Source: an uncultured Solirubrobacterales bacterium (lineage in GTDB: Bacteria > Actinomycetota > Thermoleophilia > Solirubrobacterales > 70-9). Taken from it: a DNA stretch of 64,000 nt. The notes below the pieces were generated by a model, which was given only the letters and a program-made list of their open reading frames with translations, was not told the DNA's origin and ran no database searches. Location of the stretch: the NCBI GenBank assembly GCA_963727615.1, contig CAVSHD010000008.1, forward strand, positions 22,250 to 86,249, in the 5' to 3' direction. Every line of letters starts with the position of its first letter. The stretch's first letter is position 1. This document shows positions 1 through 9,314 of this stretch, in pieces. A program made the position numbers and the translations under genes.

Positions 1-332
1 AGCACGCCCGCGCGAGGGTGGCGGTCCGCGATGAGTTGCGCCAGCCCTTCGGGCTGATCCACGGCGGCGTGCTCTCGACCCTGGTCGAGACCGTCTGCTC
101 GCGGGCCACGGCGCTCGCCGTGCTCGGCGACGGGATGGCGGCGGTCGGGCAGTCGATCAACGTCAACTTCGTGCGGCCGGTGACGGCCGGGCACGCCGAG
201 GTGAGGGCTCGCGCCCGCCACCGGGGGCGCACGACCTGGGTCTGGGAGGCGGAGGTGCGCGACGCCGAGGACCGCCTCTGCGCGATCGGCCAGATGACGA
301 TCGCCGTAAGGCCGTTGCCGAACCAAGGCTGA
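1..332 (+). CDS. PaaI/hotdog-fold thioesterase family protein, probably 5'-truncated by the window edge
   Basis: ORF 18..332 carries a GLIHGGVLSTLVE motif typical of 4HBT/PaaI thioesterases. The frame stays open back to base 3 and the product is short for the family. Confidence 0.65.
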   Translation, partial: HARARVAVRDELRQPFGLIHGGVLSTLVETVCSRATALAVLGDGMAAVGQSINVNFVRPVTAGHAEVRARARHRGRTTWVWEAEVRDAEDRLCAIGQMTIAVRPLPNQG

Positions 333-392
333 CGAGGACGCGGGAAGCGAAGCGCGCTCTGCGCGCGAGCGAGGACGCGGTCGGGCGCCGGC

Positions 393-2057
393 CTAACCGC
401 CGAAGCGGTTGGTGATCGGCAGGCGGCGGTCGCGGCCGAATGCGCGCGGCGTGATCCTGATCCCCGGCGCCGCCTGGCGGCGCTTGTACTCGGCCCGGTC
501 GACGAGCCCGACGACGTGGTCGACGACCTCGGCGGGCAGCCCGGAGGCGATCATCTCCTCACGCCCCTGATCACGCTCGACGTAGGCCTCGAGGACGCGG
601 TCGAGCAGCTCGTAGGGCGGCAGCGAGTCGCTGTCCAGCTGCTCGGGCCGAAGCTCCGCCGACGGCGCCCGCTCGATCACCGAGGCCGGGACCAGCTCCC
701 TGCCCGCCTCCGCGTTGCGGTGGCGGACGAGCTCGTAGACGAGGGTCTTCGGCACGTCCTTGATCGCCGCGAAGCCTCCCGCCATGTCGCCGTAGAGGGT
801 CGCGTAGCCGACCGACATCTCGCTCTTGTTGCCGGTCGTCAGGACCAGCCACCCGTTTCTGTTTGAGAGCGCCATCATCAGGTTGCCGCGAATCCGGGCC
901 TGGATGTTCTCCGCCGCCAGGTCGGGCTCCGAGGGCCGCGCCGGGTCGCGGGGGAGGCCGTCTCCGACCGCCCCCTCGCCGGCGGCGAACGGCCCCGCCA
1001 AGGCGCGGGCGTACTCGTCCATCGCGCCCTCGATCGGGATCTCCAGCGCCTCCGCGCCGAGGTTCGCGGCGATAGTTCGGGCGTCCCCCTGTGTTTCTGA
1101 GCTGGAATGAGGAGACGGCATGACAACGCAGGTGACCCGGTCGGGCCCGAGGGCGTCGACCGCGAGCAGCGCCACGAGCGCGGAGTCGATGCCGCCCGAG
1201 AGGGCGAGGCCGACGTGCCGAAAGCCGTTCTTGAGGACGTAGTCGCGCAGCCCGAGGACGAGCGCGGCGTAGACCTCGGCCAGGTCTCCGAGCGGCTCGG
1301 CGAGCGGCCCGGCGGCTCCGGGCGCCAGGTCGCAGACGAGCAGCTCCTCCTCGAACTGGGCGGCGCGCGCGATCACGGTGCCGTCGGGGTCGATGAGCAG
1401 GCTCTGGCCGTCGAATACCAGCTCGTCCTGGCCGCCGGCGAGGTTGCAGAAGGCGAGGTGGGCCCCGTAGGCACGGGCGAGGCCCCCGAAGAGGTCCTCG
1501 CGCTCGCGGCCCTTGCCCCGGTGGTAGGGAGAGCCCGAGGGGTTGGCGATGAGCGTCGCCCCCTCCGCGGCCTCGAGGGAGGCCGGCGGGCCCTCGACCC
1601 AGCAGTCCTCGCAGATCGTCAGCCCGACGAGGGTGCCGCCGACCTCTGTCGTCGCCGGCTCGGCGCCGGGGATGAAGTAACGCTGCTCGTCGAAGACGGC
1701 GTAGTTCGGCAGCCTGTTCTTGCGGTAGACGGAGCGAACCGCGCCGCCCTCGAGAACCGCGAGCGAGTTGTGGGCGTGGCGGAAGTCCCCGCCGCCGGCC
1801 GCCGGCTCGGCGAAGCCGACGAGGGCGACGATGCCCTCGACGCCGGCCGCGATCTCATCCACGGCGCGCCTGCTCGCCTCGATGAAGTGGCGCTTCAGGT
1901 AGAGGTCCTCGGCCGGGTAGCCGGGCACGCAGAGCTCCGGGAAGACGACGAGGTCGGCGCCGGCGGAGCGGGCGCGGCCGATCCAGTCGGAGACCTTGGC
2001 GGCGTTCTCGTCGATCGCCCCCACGGTCGGGTTGACCTGGGCCAGGGCTACTCGCAT
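393..2057 (-). CDS. nadE: Glutamine-dependent NAD+ synthetase (N-terminal CN-hydrolase domain plus NAD synthase domain)
   Basis: Intact 554-aa ORF. MRVALAQVNPTVGAI start, SGGIDS ATP-pyrophosphatase motif, C-terminal ...ITNRFGG. Confidence 0.93.
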   Translation of the reverse strand: MRVALAQVNPTVGAIDENAAKVSDWIGRARSAGADLVVFPELCVPGYPAEDLYLKRHFIEASRRAVDEIAAGVEGIVALVGFAEPAAGGGDFRHAHNSLAVLEGGAVRSVYRKNRLPNYAVFDEQRYFIPGAEPATTEVGGTLVGLTICEDCWVEGPPASLEAAEGATLIANPSGSPYHRGKGREREDLFGGLARAYGAHLAFCNLAGGQDELVFDGQSLLIDPDGTVIARAAQFEEELLVCDLAPGAAGPLAEPLGDLAEVYAALVLGLRDYVLKNGFRHVGLALSGGIDSALVALLAVDALGPDRVTCVVMPSPHSSSETQGDARTIAANLGAEALEIPIEGAMDEYARALAGPFAAGEGAVGDGLPRDPARPSEPDLAAENIQARIRGNLMMALSNRNGWLVLTTGNKSEMSVGYATLYGDMAGGFAAIKDVPKTLVYELVRHRNAEAGRELVPASVIERAPSAELRPEQLDSDSLPPYELLDRVLEAYVERDQGREEMIASGLPAEVVDHVVGLVDRAEYKRRQAAPGIRITPRAFGRDRRLPITNRFGG

Positions 2058-2140
2058 CGGGCGCGCTTTCGGCTCACCGCCGGATTATCCCCGCCCGGGG
2101 CGAGGGAACGCGCCTGGCCTGCCTGTAGATTGGCCTGGAA

Positions 2141-3523
2141 ATGAGCAGGGCCTGGAAACCGATCGGGGTGACGATCGCCTCGATCGTGGTCCTCGGGCTG
2201 CTTCCCTCGGTGGCCGCCGCCGGTGACCAGTGGGTGTTCAGGGCCCCGGCCGCCCGGCCGACGGACCACCCCGACCCGAACCGCCACTCCTACTCGGTCC
2301 CGCAGGCGCCGCAGTCGCCTGCCTGCTCGCCGCATTTCTGCGTCCACTGGGTGGCCGAGGGTCGCGACGCCCCGCAGCTGACCGACAACAACGGGATCGA
2401 AGACGGCGACGGGGTCCCGGACTTCGTCGAGCAGGTCCTGCAGGTTGCCGAACACGTCCACGCGGTCGAGAACGGCAGGCTCGGCTGGCGCGAGCCGCGC
2501 TCGGACGGCCACCGCGGCGGAGGCAACGGCAAGACCGACGTCTATCTCGCCGAGGTCGGGGGCAGCCTCTTCGGGTACGCGGCGCCGGATCGAGGCCAGG
2601 CCGATTCCGCCCACCGCCTGCCCCGCCACCTGCATGGGTACCTCGTCCTCGACAACGACTACGACCCCTTCGAGTTCCCAGGGACGAAGCCGCTCAACGA
2701 CCTCGAGGTCACCTTCGCCCATGAGTACAACCACATCCTCCAGTTCGGCTACGACGCCTACCAGGACGCCTGGTTCGCCGAGTCGACGGCGACCTGGATG
2801 GAGGACCAGGTCTACAACGGGATCGACGACTACCTGCGCTACGTCCGTCGCTGGACCCGCCTCTACGACACGCCGATCACCTCGACCGCGATCCGCGAGT
2901 ACGGCAGCGCCGTCTGGAACCAGTGGCTGGCGCACCGCTACGGGCGCTCGATCATCCGCAAGGCCTGGGCCGGGGCGGTCCACGTGAAGCCGGGAGGCTT
3001 CTCGGTCGCCGCCTACGACCGCGCGATCCGCGCCGCCGGGAATTCCGACTTCAACCACGACTTCGCGCGCTTCTGCCGCGACGTCGCCGAGTGGCGGACC
3101 GACGAAGTCTTCCGCGAGGGAGACCTATACCGAGACTTCCCGCGCGAGGGTGGCCTGCACTCCGGTGGGGCGGCGAAGACCCGGGACCTCAACCACACGA
3201 CCTTCCAGATGCTCAGGGTCCACGCCAAGGGCGGCCGCGCCGTGATCGTCGAAATGGTCGCCCCGGCAGGCGCCGCCGCCGGCCTGGCGCTGGTCGGCAG
3301 GCTGGGCAGCGAGAAGCACGGCCACGCTGTCTCCGACCTCGCCTTCAGCGGCAAGGGCGGCAGGATGACGGTCCGTCTCTCGCGGCCGGGGCGCTTCTCC
3401 CGGGTCACGGCGGTGCTGATCAACGCCGACACCAGGGCCTTCGGGTTCAGCGCCCGGAGCTTCGACTGGAATTACTTGACCGACACGGCGCCGTTCCGAG
3501 CACGCGCCCGGGTCGTGCGCTGA
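2141..3523 (+). CDS. Secreted zinc metallopeptidase-like protein (HExxH)
   Basis: 460-aa ORF with an N-terminal hydrophobic signal-like segment (IASIVVLGLLPSVAAAG) and an HEYNH motif (FAHEYNHILQ). Confidence 0.65.
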   Translation: MSRAWKPIGVTIASIVVLGLLPSVAAAGDQWVFRAPAARPTDHPDPNRHSYSVPQAPQSPACSPHFCVHWVAEGRDAPQLTDNNGIEDGDGVPDFVEQVLQVAEHVHAVENGRLGWREPRSDGHRGGGNGKTDVYLAEVGGSLFGYAAPDRGQADSAHRLPRHLHGYLVLDNDYDPFEFPGTKPLNDLEVTFAHEYNHILQFGYDAYQDAWFAESTATWMEDQVYNGIDDYLRYVRRWTRLYDTPITSTAIREYGSAVWNQWLAHRYGRSIIRKAWAGAVHVKPGGFSVAAYDRAIRAAGNSDFNHDFARFCRDVAEWRTDEVFREGDLYRDFPREGGLHSGGAAKTRDLNHTTFQMLRVHAKGGRAVIVEMVAPAGAAAGLALVGRLGSEKHGHAVSDLAFSGKGGRMTVRLSRPGRFSRVTAVLINADTRAFGFSARSFDWNYLTDTAPFRARARVVR

Positions 3524-4928
3524 GGCTCGGTCGGCCGCTCGGGGAGGGTCGCGGCCACCTCGGCGATCGCCGCTTCGAGGTCGAGCGCGAAGCTGTCGAG
3601 ATCGGCCATCGCGTCGTAGTCGCCGATCAGCCCGAAGTCGATCTCGCCGTCGTAGGACATGATCCCCACGCAGAGCGCCTGGCGGCGGGCGAGGGGAACG
3701 AGGGGAAAGATCGATTCCATCCTGCGGCCGAGGACGTAGAGCGAGAACTGCGGCCCCGGGACGTTGGTGACGACGAGGTTGAAGAAGCGCTGGGCCGGTT
3801 GTAGGCGCGCGGCCTGGGAGGCGATCGTGGTCGGCGCGAAATCGGTGATCCTGGTCAGGATCTCGGCGCCGACGGCCTGGCCGGAGCCCTTCAGATCGCC
3901 CATCGTCTCGGTCATCAGCCGCAGGCGCTCGACCGGGTCCTCGCTCCAGACGGGGAGCGGCGCCATCATCGCCGAGATCCGGTTGCCGAGCGCCCCGTGC
4001 TCTTCCTCGGCGCGAACGCTCACCGGCACCATCGCCCGGAGCTCCAAACCCTCGGTGTCGTGGCCACGCGCCCTGAGGAAATTGCCGAGCGCTCCCGTGA
4101 CCACCGAGAGGACGACGTCGTTGACGGTGCCGCCGTGCTCGTCCTTGACCCGCTTGAGCAGGTCGAGCCGAGTGCGGACGAAGGCGATTCGGCGGTGCGG
4201 CCCGATCTCGACGTTGAAGGGGGTGGGAGGAGCCGCCATCCCGGCGCCGATCATCTTGCTGGTCGCGCCGATCCCCTGCAGGATCTGGCGCGGCCCGCGC
4301 AGCGCGGCACGGAAGCCGCGCACGATCTCCGCCGGGCTCGTGGCCCTCTCCCGCCACGCCTCGCCGAGCAGATGCAGGTCGGTCGGCTCGGGGCGCGGGG
4401 CCCAGGTCGGCGGCTGCACCGGAGGGTCGGCCGGCTCGGGATCGGTGTCGAAGAGCACGGTGGTGATGTCGACGCCGGAGACGCCGTCGACCAGCGCGTG
4501 GTGGCTCTTGCCGACGATCGCGAAGCGGTCGCCCTCGAGCCCCTCGACCAGCCAGAGCTCCCAGAGCGGCTTGGTGCGGTCCAGCTGCTGGGAGAAGATG
4601 CGGGCGGCGAGGTTGCGGAGCTGCTCCTCCGAGCCCGGCGCCGGCAGCGCGGTCTGCCGCACGTGGTAATCGAGGTTGAGGTAGGGGTCGTCGACCCAGA
4701 CCGGCCGCCCCTGGTCGAAGGGAACCTGTCGCAGCTTTTGGCGGAAGCGAGGCACCAGATGGAGCCGGGACGCGATGTGGTCGCGAAACTCGCGATGGGT
4801 GGGGGGGAGCCTTCGAAGACGATCGCGGAGGCGACGTGCATGTGGGCGCCGGCGCGCTCCATGTGGAGGAACGAGGCGTCCAGTCCGCTGAGTCGATCCT
4901 CACTCACAGCGTGAATGTTCGCACACAT
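3472..4928 (-). CDS. Wax ester synthase/diacylglycerol acyltransferase (WS/DGAT), frameshifted in this assembly
   Basis: HHALVDGVSG active-site motif in ORF 3472..4755. The N-terminus (DRLSGLDASFLHMERAGAHMHV) lies in another frame (ORF 4251..4967). The frames join at a G7 run at 4801-4807. Start is at 4928 (ATG) or 4907 (GTG). Confidence 0.85.
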
Positions 4929-5039
4929 CTCGCCAGGCACCGAGTCGGCGGGTAAACGGCTTTCCAAAGCCGTTTGCAGCTTTCGTCGCAGGAACGCGCA
5001 GTGTGATGGCGCTCACCCAGCCCCGGGGTCGGCGCCCCT

Positions 5040-5228
5040 ACGGTGACGCGCTCAGATCGAACGAGCCAACTGCCGAGTCCCGGGGCGAGCGCCACGGGAG
5101 CGGGGGAACCACGGTCACGCGATTCGGCGTGACAGGGGCGAATCGGGCGGTGATCCGCCTGTAACGGCCGCAGGGCACCGAGCCCGCGGCCGCGAGCCCG
5201 TCAGCTAACCCCGCAGGCGGACGAGAAA
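5040..5228 (+). promoter_or_regulatory. Cyclic-di-AMP riboswitch (ydaO-yuaA class) in the leader of the RlpA-like gene
   Basis: Ordered conserved blocks: CGCTCAGATC (5049-5058), GAGCGGGGGAACCA (5098-5111), GGGGCGAATC (5135-5144) and GAGCCCGTCAGCTAACCCCGCAGGCGG (5194-5220). Recognised from memory of the family consensus, not from a covariance-model search. Confidence 0.8.
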
Positions 5229-5244
5229 GCGAGTTGAGAAGACG

Positions 5245-5901
5245 ATGCGCTTCATCCTGCCCGCGGCGCTGGCCGCAGCCGCCATCCTGCCGACGACGGC
5301 CCCGATCCAGGCCGACGCGGCGAGACACGAGCAGCAGCACCCACGGCGCGCGGAGAGCGTGCTCGCGCTGCACGTCTCGCGCCACAACCTCCTCTCCGGC
5401 CACGACCTCCTGGTCAGCGGCCGGGTCAGCCCCAGCCCCGGCGGGGCGCACCGCGTCAGGGTCGTCGTCTCCGGCCCCGCCGGCGGCCGGATTCACACGA
5501 GGACGGATCGCCACGGCGCCTTCCGGGCCCACTGGGGCCTGCACGGGGTCGGCATCTACCGCGTCCGCGCCTACGGAGTCCACGACCGCCGCGTCAGGGG
5601 CTCGGCCAGCGCCGTCAGGCGGGTCACGGTGTACCGGCCCGCCGCCGCCTCCTACTACGGCCCCGGCCTCTACGGGGGCGCGCTCGCCTGCGGCGGGACG
5701 CTGGAGCCCGGCACCCTGGGCGTCGCCCACAAGACGCTGCCCTGCGGGACGCGGGTCAGGCTGCGCTATCGCGGGCGATCCCTGACCGTCCCGGTCGTCG
5801 ACCGCGGGCCCTACGTCGCCGGCCGCGACTTCGACCTCACCGAGGCGACGAAGGAGCGCCTGCGCTTCCCCGACACCGGAGTCGTGCTCTCGAGTCGCTG
5901 A
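5245..5901 (+). CDS. RlpA-like double-psi beta-barrel (DPBB) domain secreted protein
   Basis: Signal-like N-terminus. The C-terminal ASYYGPGLYGGALACGG...LPCGTRVRLRYRGRSLTVPVVDRGPYVAGRDFDLTEA is typical of RlpA/expansin-like DPBB domains. Confidence 0.8.
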   Translation: MRFILPAALAAAAILPTTAPIQADAARHEQQHPRRAESVLALHVSRHNLLSGHDLLVSGRVSPSPGGAHRVRVVVSGPAGGRIHTRTDRHGAFRAHWGLHGVGIYRVRAYGVHDRRVRGSASAVRRVTVYRPAAASYYGPGLYGGALACGGTLEPGTLGVAHKTLPCGTRVRLRYRGRSLTVPVVDRGPYVAGRDFDLTEATKERLRFPDTGVVLSSR

Positions 5902-5916
5902 ACGGGGGACGGCGAG

Positions 5917-7014
5917 CTAGCCGGTGAGGCCGAGTCGCAGCTGGGGCTGGGCCCAGGCCTCGTCCCCGGCCCGCTCGAGGGCGCCGAACTGGGCGACCCG
6001 CACGCCCAGCAGGCGGACCGGGCGGGGTGGCGAGTAGGCACGCAGCAGGTCGAGGGCGACCGCGCCCACCTCAGCGGGATCGTTGGTCGGCCGCTCGAGC
6101 GTCAACGATCGCGAGACGTTCGTCCAGTCGTCGAGGCGAACCTTGATCCCGATCGTGCGGCCGCGCAGGTCGCGCGCCGCCAGGCGCCGGCAGAGCTCCT
6201 CGGCGAGCGCGGTCAGAGACGCGGCCATCTCCTCGCCGTCGGCGACGTCGACGTCGAAGGTGATCTCCGTCGACTGCGACTTGGTCTCGTGCTCGGTGAC
6301 CACGGGCGTCTCGTCCTCGAGGCGGGCCCGGCGCCGGAGCCAGGCCCCGCTCCGCGGCCCGAAGGCGCTCCTCAGCTCGCCCTCGTCGCGGGCCGCGAGC
6401 TCGGCCAGCGTGCGGATCCCCATCCGCTCGAGCCGGACGACGGTCTTCGGGCCGATCCCGGGGAGGAGGCCCGGCGACTCTGAGGCGAAGCGCTCCAACG
6501 CCTCGGCGCGCGAGAGGGCCACGAGGCCGGCGGGCTTGCCGAGCTCACTGGTGACCTTGGCCAGCATCCGGCTCTCCGAGATCCCGATCGAGCAGCTCAA
6601 CCGCGTCTCCTCGCGGATCTCGGCGGCGATTCGGCGCATCGTCGCCTTCGGCGAGAAGAGGCCGGTGAGGTCGACGTAGGCCTCGTCGAGGCCGACGACC
6701 TCGACCGTCTCGGCGTTGCGCCGCAGGATCGCCATCACCTCCGCCGAGGCCTCGCGATAGGCGGGGAAGTCGGGTCGCAGAAAGACGGCGTCCGGCAAGC
6801 GCCGGCGGGCGATGGCGGCGGGCATCGCCGAGTGGATCCCGGCCAGCCGACGCGCCTCGTAGCTCGCCGTCGTCACCACCGCTCGCGGCCCCGAGCCGCA
6901 GACGATCACCGGCTTTCCCTGCAACTCGGGCCGCCGCCGCAGCTCCACGGACGCGTAGAACGCGTCCATATCCAGATGGGCGACGAGGCGCTGGGAGTCA
7001 CCTGCTTCCGGCAC
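5917..7014 (-). CDS. dinB: DNA polymerase IV (Y-family)
   Basis: LDMDAFYASVE ... VIVCG ... SIGIS motifs. The first ~260 aa of the 625-aa track ORF are Arg/Pro/Gly junk that overlaps the next gene in another frame. The likely start is GTG at 7014 or ATG at 6969. Confidence 0.9.
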   Translation of the reverse strand: MPEAGDSQRLVAHLDMDAFYASVELRRRPELQGKPVIVCGSGPRAVVTTASYEARRLAGIHSAMPAAIARRRLPDAVFLRPDFPAYREASAEVMAILRRNAETVEVVGLDEAYVDLTGLFSPKATMRRIAAEIREETRLSCSIGISESRMLAKVTSELGKPAGLVALSRAEALERFASESPGLLPGIGPKTVVRLERMGIRTLAELAARDEGELRSAFGPRSGAWLRRRARLEDETPVVTEHETKSQSTEITFDVDVADGEEMAASLTALAEELCRRLAARDLRGRTIGIKVRLDDWTNVSRSLTLERPTNDPAEVGAVALDLLRAYSPPRPVRLLGVRVAQFGALERAGDEAWAQPQLRLGLTG

Positions 7015-7073
7015 ATCCTCACGGTACGGATTCGCCCGGCGCGAAAGGGCGCGGACGAGGGCAGGCTCGCCGC

Positions 7074-7865
7074 CTACCCCTCGCTGGGCCGTGGCTTCGG
7101 CCCCCTGGCGCGAAGGGCGAGGACCGTCGCCTGCACCACGAAGGCCGCGGCCGTCGCGACGGTGAACGCCTCGAGACCACCGAGCGTCTCGAGGCCGACG
7201 GCGAGCGCGAAGCAGAAGGCGGCGAAGCCGTAGAAGCCGACGAGGAAGCCGCGCAGTAGGGCCCTGAGCCGATCGTCGTCGTGCTGGGCCTGGGTGAAGA
7301 CGGCGAGGACGCTGGTGAGCACCGGGAAGGGCGCCAGCAGGCCGCTGAGGGTAGGGCCGAGGGCACCCGAGGCGGCGGTGATCGCGACCACCAGCGCCAG
7401 CGCCGCGAGCGCCCGCGCGGCCAAATCCCAACGGGGCGGCGGCCCGGCATCGCCGACCGACATCGCGATCGGCGCCGGGAGCAACGCCAGGCCCGCCGCG
7501 AAGCAGGCCCCGACGAAGACCAGCGAGGCCGCCGGCGGGACGTCGAGTGGGCGCAGCAGGGCGACGCCGAGGAGGAACGCGCCCCAGCCCGCGAGCAGGC
7601 TGGGCAGCGGCCCGGCCCGCTCGGACGCCCTTCCGTAGACGACGACGAACAGGGTCAGCGCCGCCAGGCCGAGGAGGGCGCCGGCTGCCGCCCCCTCGCC
7701 GAAGTCGAGGCCGTGGACGAGCGTCAGAACGACGAGGATCGGGCCCGCGACGACCGGAAGCCCGCCGAGGACCCCGGCGACGGCGACCCCCCACCGGCGG
7801 CCGGCAAGCGAGACCGCGACCACGCAGGCCGGGGCCAGGAGGAGCTTCGCCAGCAGGACCGCCAC
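7074..7865 (-). CDS. Integral membrane protein (multiple TM helices), function unknown
   Basis: 263-aa ORF of hydrophobic Ala/Leu/Gly/Val-rich helices. No family recognised. Confidence 0.5.
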   Translation of the reverse strand: MAVLLAKLLLAPACVVAVSLAGRRWGVAVAGVLGGLPVVAGPILVVLTLVHGLDFGEGAAAGALLGLAALTLFVVVYGRASERAGPLPSLLAGWGAFLLGVALLRPLDVPPAASLVFVGACFAAGLALLPAPIAMSVGDAGPPPRWDLAARALAALALVVAITAASGALGPTLSGLLAPFPVLTSVLAVFTQAQHDDDRLRALLRGFLVGFYGFAAFCFALAVGLETLGGLEAFTVATAAAFVVQATVLALRARGPKPRPSEG

Positions 7866-7880
7866 CGGTCTCTCTTCCGG

Positions 7881-8132
7881 TCAGAGCTTCGAGATCGCCT
7901 CTTTCGCCGCCTCCATGTCGGCGCCGGTCAGCTCGCGGTACTTGCGGATCGCGCCCATACGGTCGCCCGCCCCGACCAGGTCGACGACCTCCTGCGGGGC
8001 CTGCTGGGCGGCCGCCTCATAGGGGACCCCTGCCTTCTCGGAAAGGATCGCGAGCTGCGCCTCGATCGCCCGCAGGCGCTCGAAGACCTGGTCGACGAAG
8101 GAGCTGAGCTGGTACTCGTTGTAGGCGGGCAT
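7881..8132 (-). CDS. Small protein with a ribosomal L7/L12 C-terminal-like domain
   Basis: MPAYNEYQL...GAIRKYRELTGADMEAAKEAISKL. GGAGAC Shine-Dalgarno sequence 5 nt upstream of the ATG at 8132. This is the C-terminal part of the composite track ORF 7881..9248. Confidence 0.5.
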   Translation of the reverse strand: MPAYNEYQLSSFVDQVFERLRAIEAQLAILSEKAGVPYEAAAQQAPQEVVDLVGAGDRMGAIRKYRELTGADMEAAKEAISKL

Positions 8133-8213
8133 GTCGTCTCCTCGGTTTGGGGAGGCGATCCTAGGCGCTGCGGCCGCCTCATCCCGCGCCCGCCTGGTCA
8201 CTAGAGTGGGGAG

Positions 8214-8492
8214 ATGGCATCGGCTGAGGCCAAGAACCTCGAGGCGATCTCGAAGGCGATCGACCAGCACAACGCCGGCTGCCCCTTTCCGGCGGCCGAG
8301 GTGCGGATGAACCCGTTCGAGATCGAGCGGCTGGGGTGGGACCGGATCAGGGGCCTGCCGCTCGTCCCCGACCCGGAGCTCGGCACGGGGCGGTTCCGGA
8401 TCGTCTGCTCGCGCGACCTCGACGGCGAGGGGCTCGAGGAGGTCGAGGCGATCGGCCAGGAGGTCGAGACCGCGGTGCCCTCGCCGAGCTAG
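8214..8492 (+). CDS. Hypothetical protein (92 aa)
   Basis: Non-repetitive ORF with balanced composition, converging on ccdA. No family recognised. Confidence 0.4.
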   Translation: MASAEAKNLEAISKAIDQHNAGCPFPAAEVRMNPFEIERLGWDRIRGLPLVPDPELGTGRFRIVCSRDLDGEGLEEVEAIGQEVETAVPSPS

Positions 8493-9248
8493 AAGTTCCA
8501 GAATTCGAGGCCCGCTTCGGAGAGCGACCTCGTCACTTCGGCGTTGAGGCGGGTCAGCTCGCCGGTCCAGATCAGGACCCCCATCGCGATCAGGACCAGC
8601 CCGCCCGCGGCGACGATCACCTGGTAGTGGCGCTTGACGACGGCGAAGGCGGTGGTCATCTTCGAGAAGGCGACCGCGGTGAGCAGAAAGGGGATCGCGA
8701 GCCCCGCCGAGTAGACGGCGAGCAGGAAGGCCGCCGCGCGCCGCCGAGTCGGTCAGCGCCGCGGCCGAGAGGATCGCGCCCAGGGTCGGCCCGATGCACG
8801 GCGTCCAGGCGATCGCGAAGGCGGCGCCGGCGACCACGGGGCCGCCCCTGCCGGCGCGCTCGAGCAGGGCGTCGACGTGCCACTCGCGGTTCAGCCGCGT
8901 GACGAAGAGCGAGGCGACGAAGAGGACGCCCATGGCGACGATCAGGGCGGCGGAGATCTTGGTCAGCAGCTGCTGGTTGTCCTTGAAGAAGGAGCCGAGC
9001 CCGGTCGCGGTCAGCCCGAGGACGATGAAGATCGCCGAGAAGCTGGCGACGAAGAGCAGGCTCGGCCCAAGCACCCGGCGCCAACCGGCGCTCTCCAGCT
9101 CGGCGGCGGAGACGCCGCTGACCGCCGAGAGGTAGCCGGGGACGAGCGGCAGCACGCAGGGGGAGAGGAAGGAGACGACGCCGGCGCCCAGGGCGGCGAA
9201 GACGGTGACCCCGGCGGCGGGGTCGGAGCTGATCTCGGCAACCAACAC
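8489..9248 (-). CDS. ccdA: Cytochrome c biogenesis / thiol-disulfide transporter CcdA (DsbD-family membrane protein), frameshifted in this assembly
   Basis: N-terminus FLSPCVLPLVPGYL and WTPCIGPTLG motifs. The true C-terminus (...VLIWTGELTRLNAEVTRSLSEAGLEFWNF*) is in another frame. The frame switches near 8745. Confidence 0.8.
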
Positions 9249-9314
9249 GACCCCCTCAGGCTACCTGCGGCGGCCTCTTGCAATGGCTCCGCCGGCACTG
9301 GAGGATCTCCCGAG

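Noticed and set aside
3125-4903. 592-aa ORF on the - strand overlapping the metalloprotease and WS/DGAT genes
   Set aside because: The product is extreme Arg/Pro/Gly/Ala low-complexity sequence. The ORF is off-frame to the WS/DGAT gene on the same strand and antisense to the metalloprotease. This is the typical open-frame artefact of very GC-rich DNA.
7015-7073. Search for a LexA/SOS box upstream of dinB, and likewise upstream of recA at 40411-40470
   Set aside because: No GAAC-N4-GTTC-type or TCGAAC-like palindrome is visible. recA directly follows thpR with only 8 nt between them, so its control region is probably further upstream.
7015-7794. N-terminal ~260 aa of the 625-aa dinB track ORF
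   Set aside because: This is an Arg/Pro/Gly-rich extension that overlaps the membrane-protein gene (7074..7865) in another frame. The Pol IV homology begins at ...LDMDAFYASVE.
7881-9248. Single 455-aa ORF apparently fusing CcdA to a small L7/L12-like protein
   Set aside because: The middle ~200 residues are junk. The true CcdA C-terminus is in another frame and ends at 8489. The small protein has its own Shine-Dalgarno sequence and ATG at 8132.
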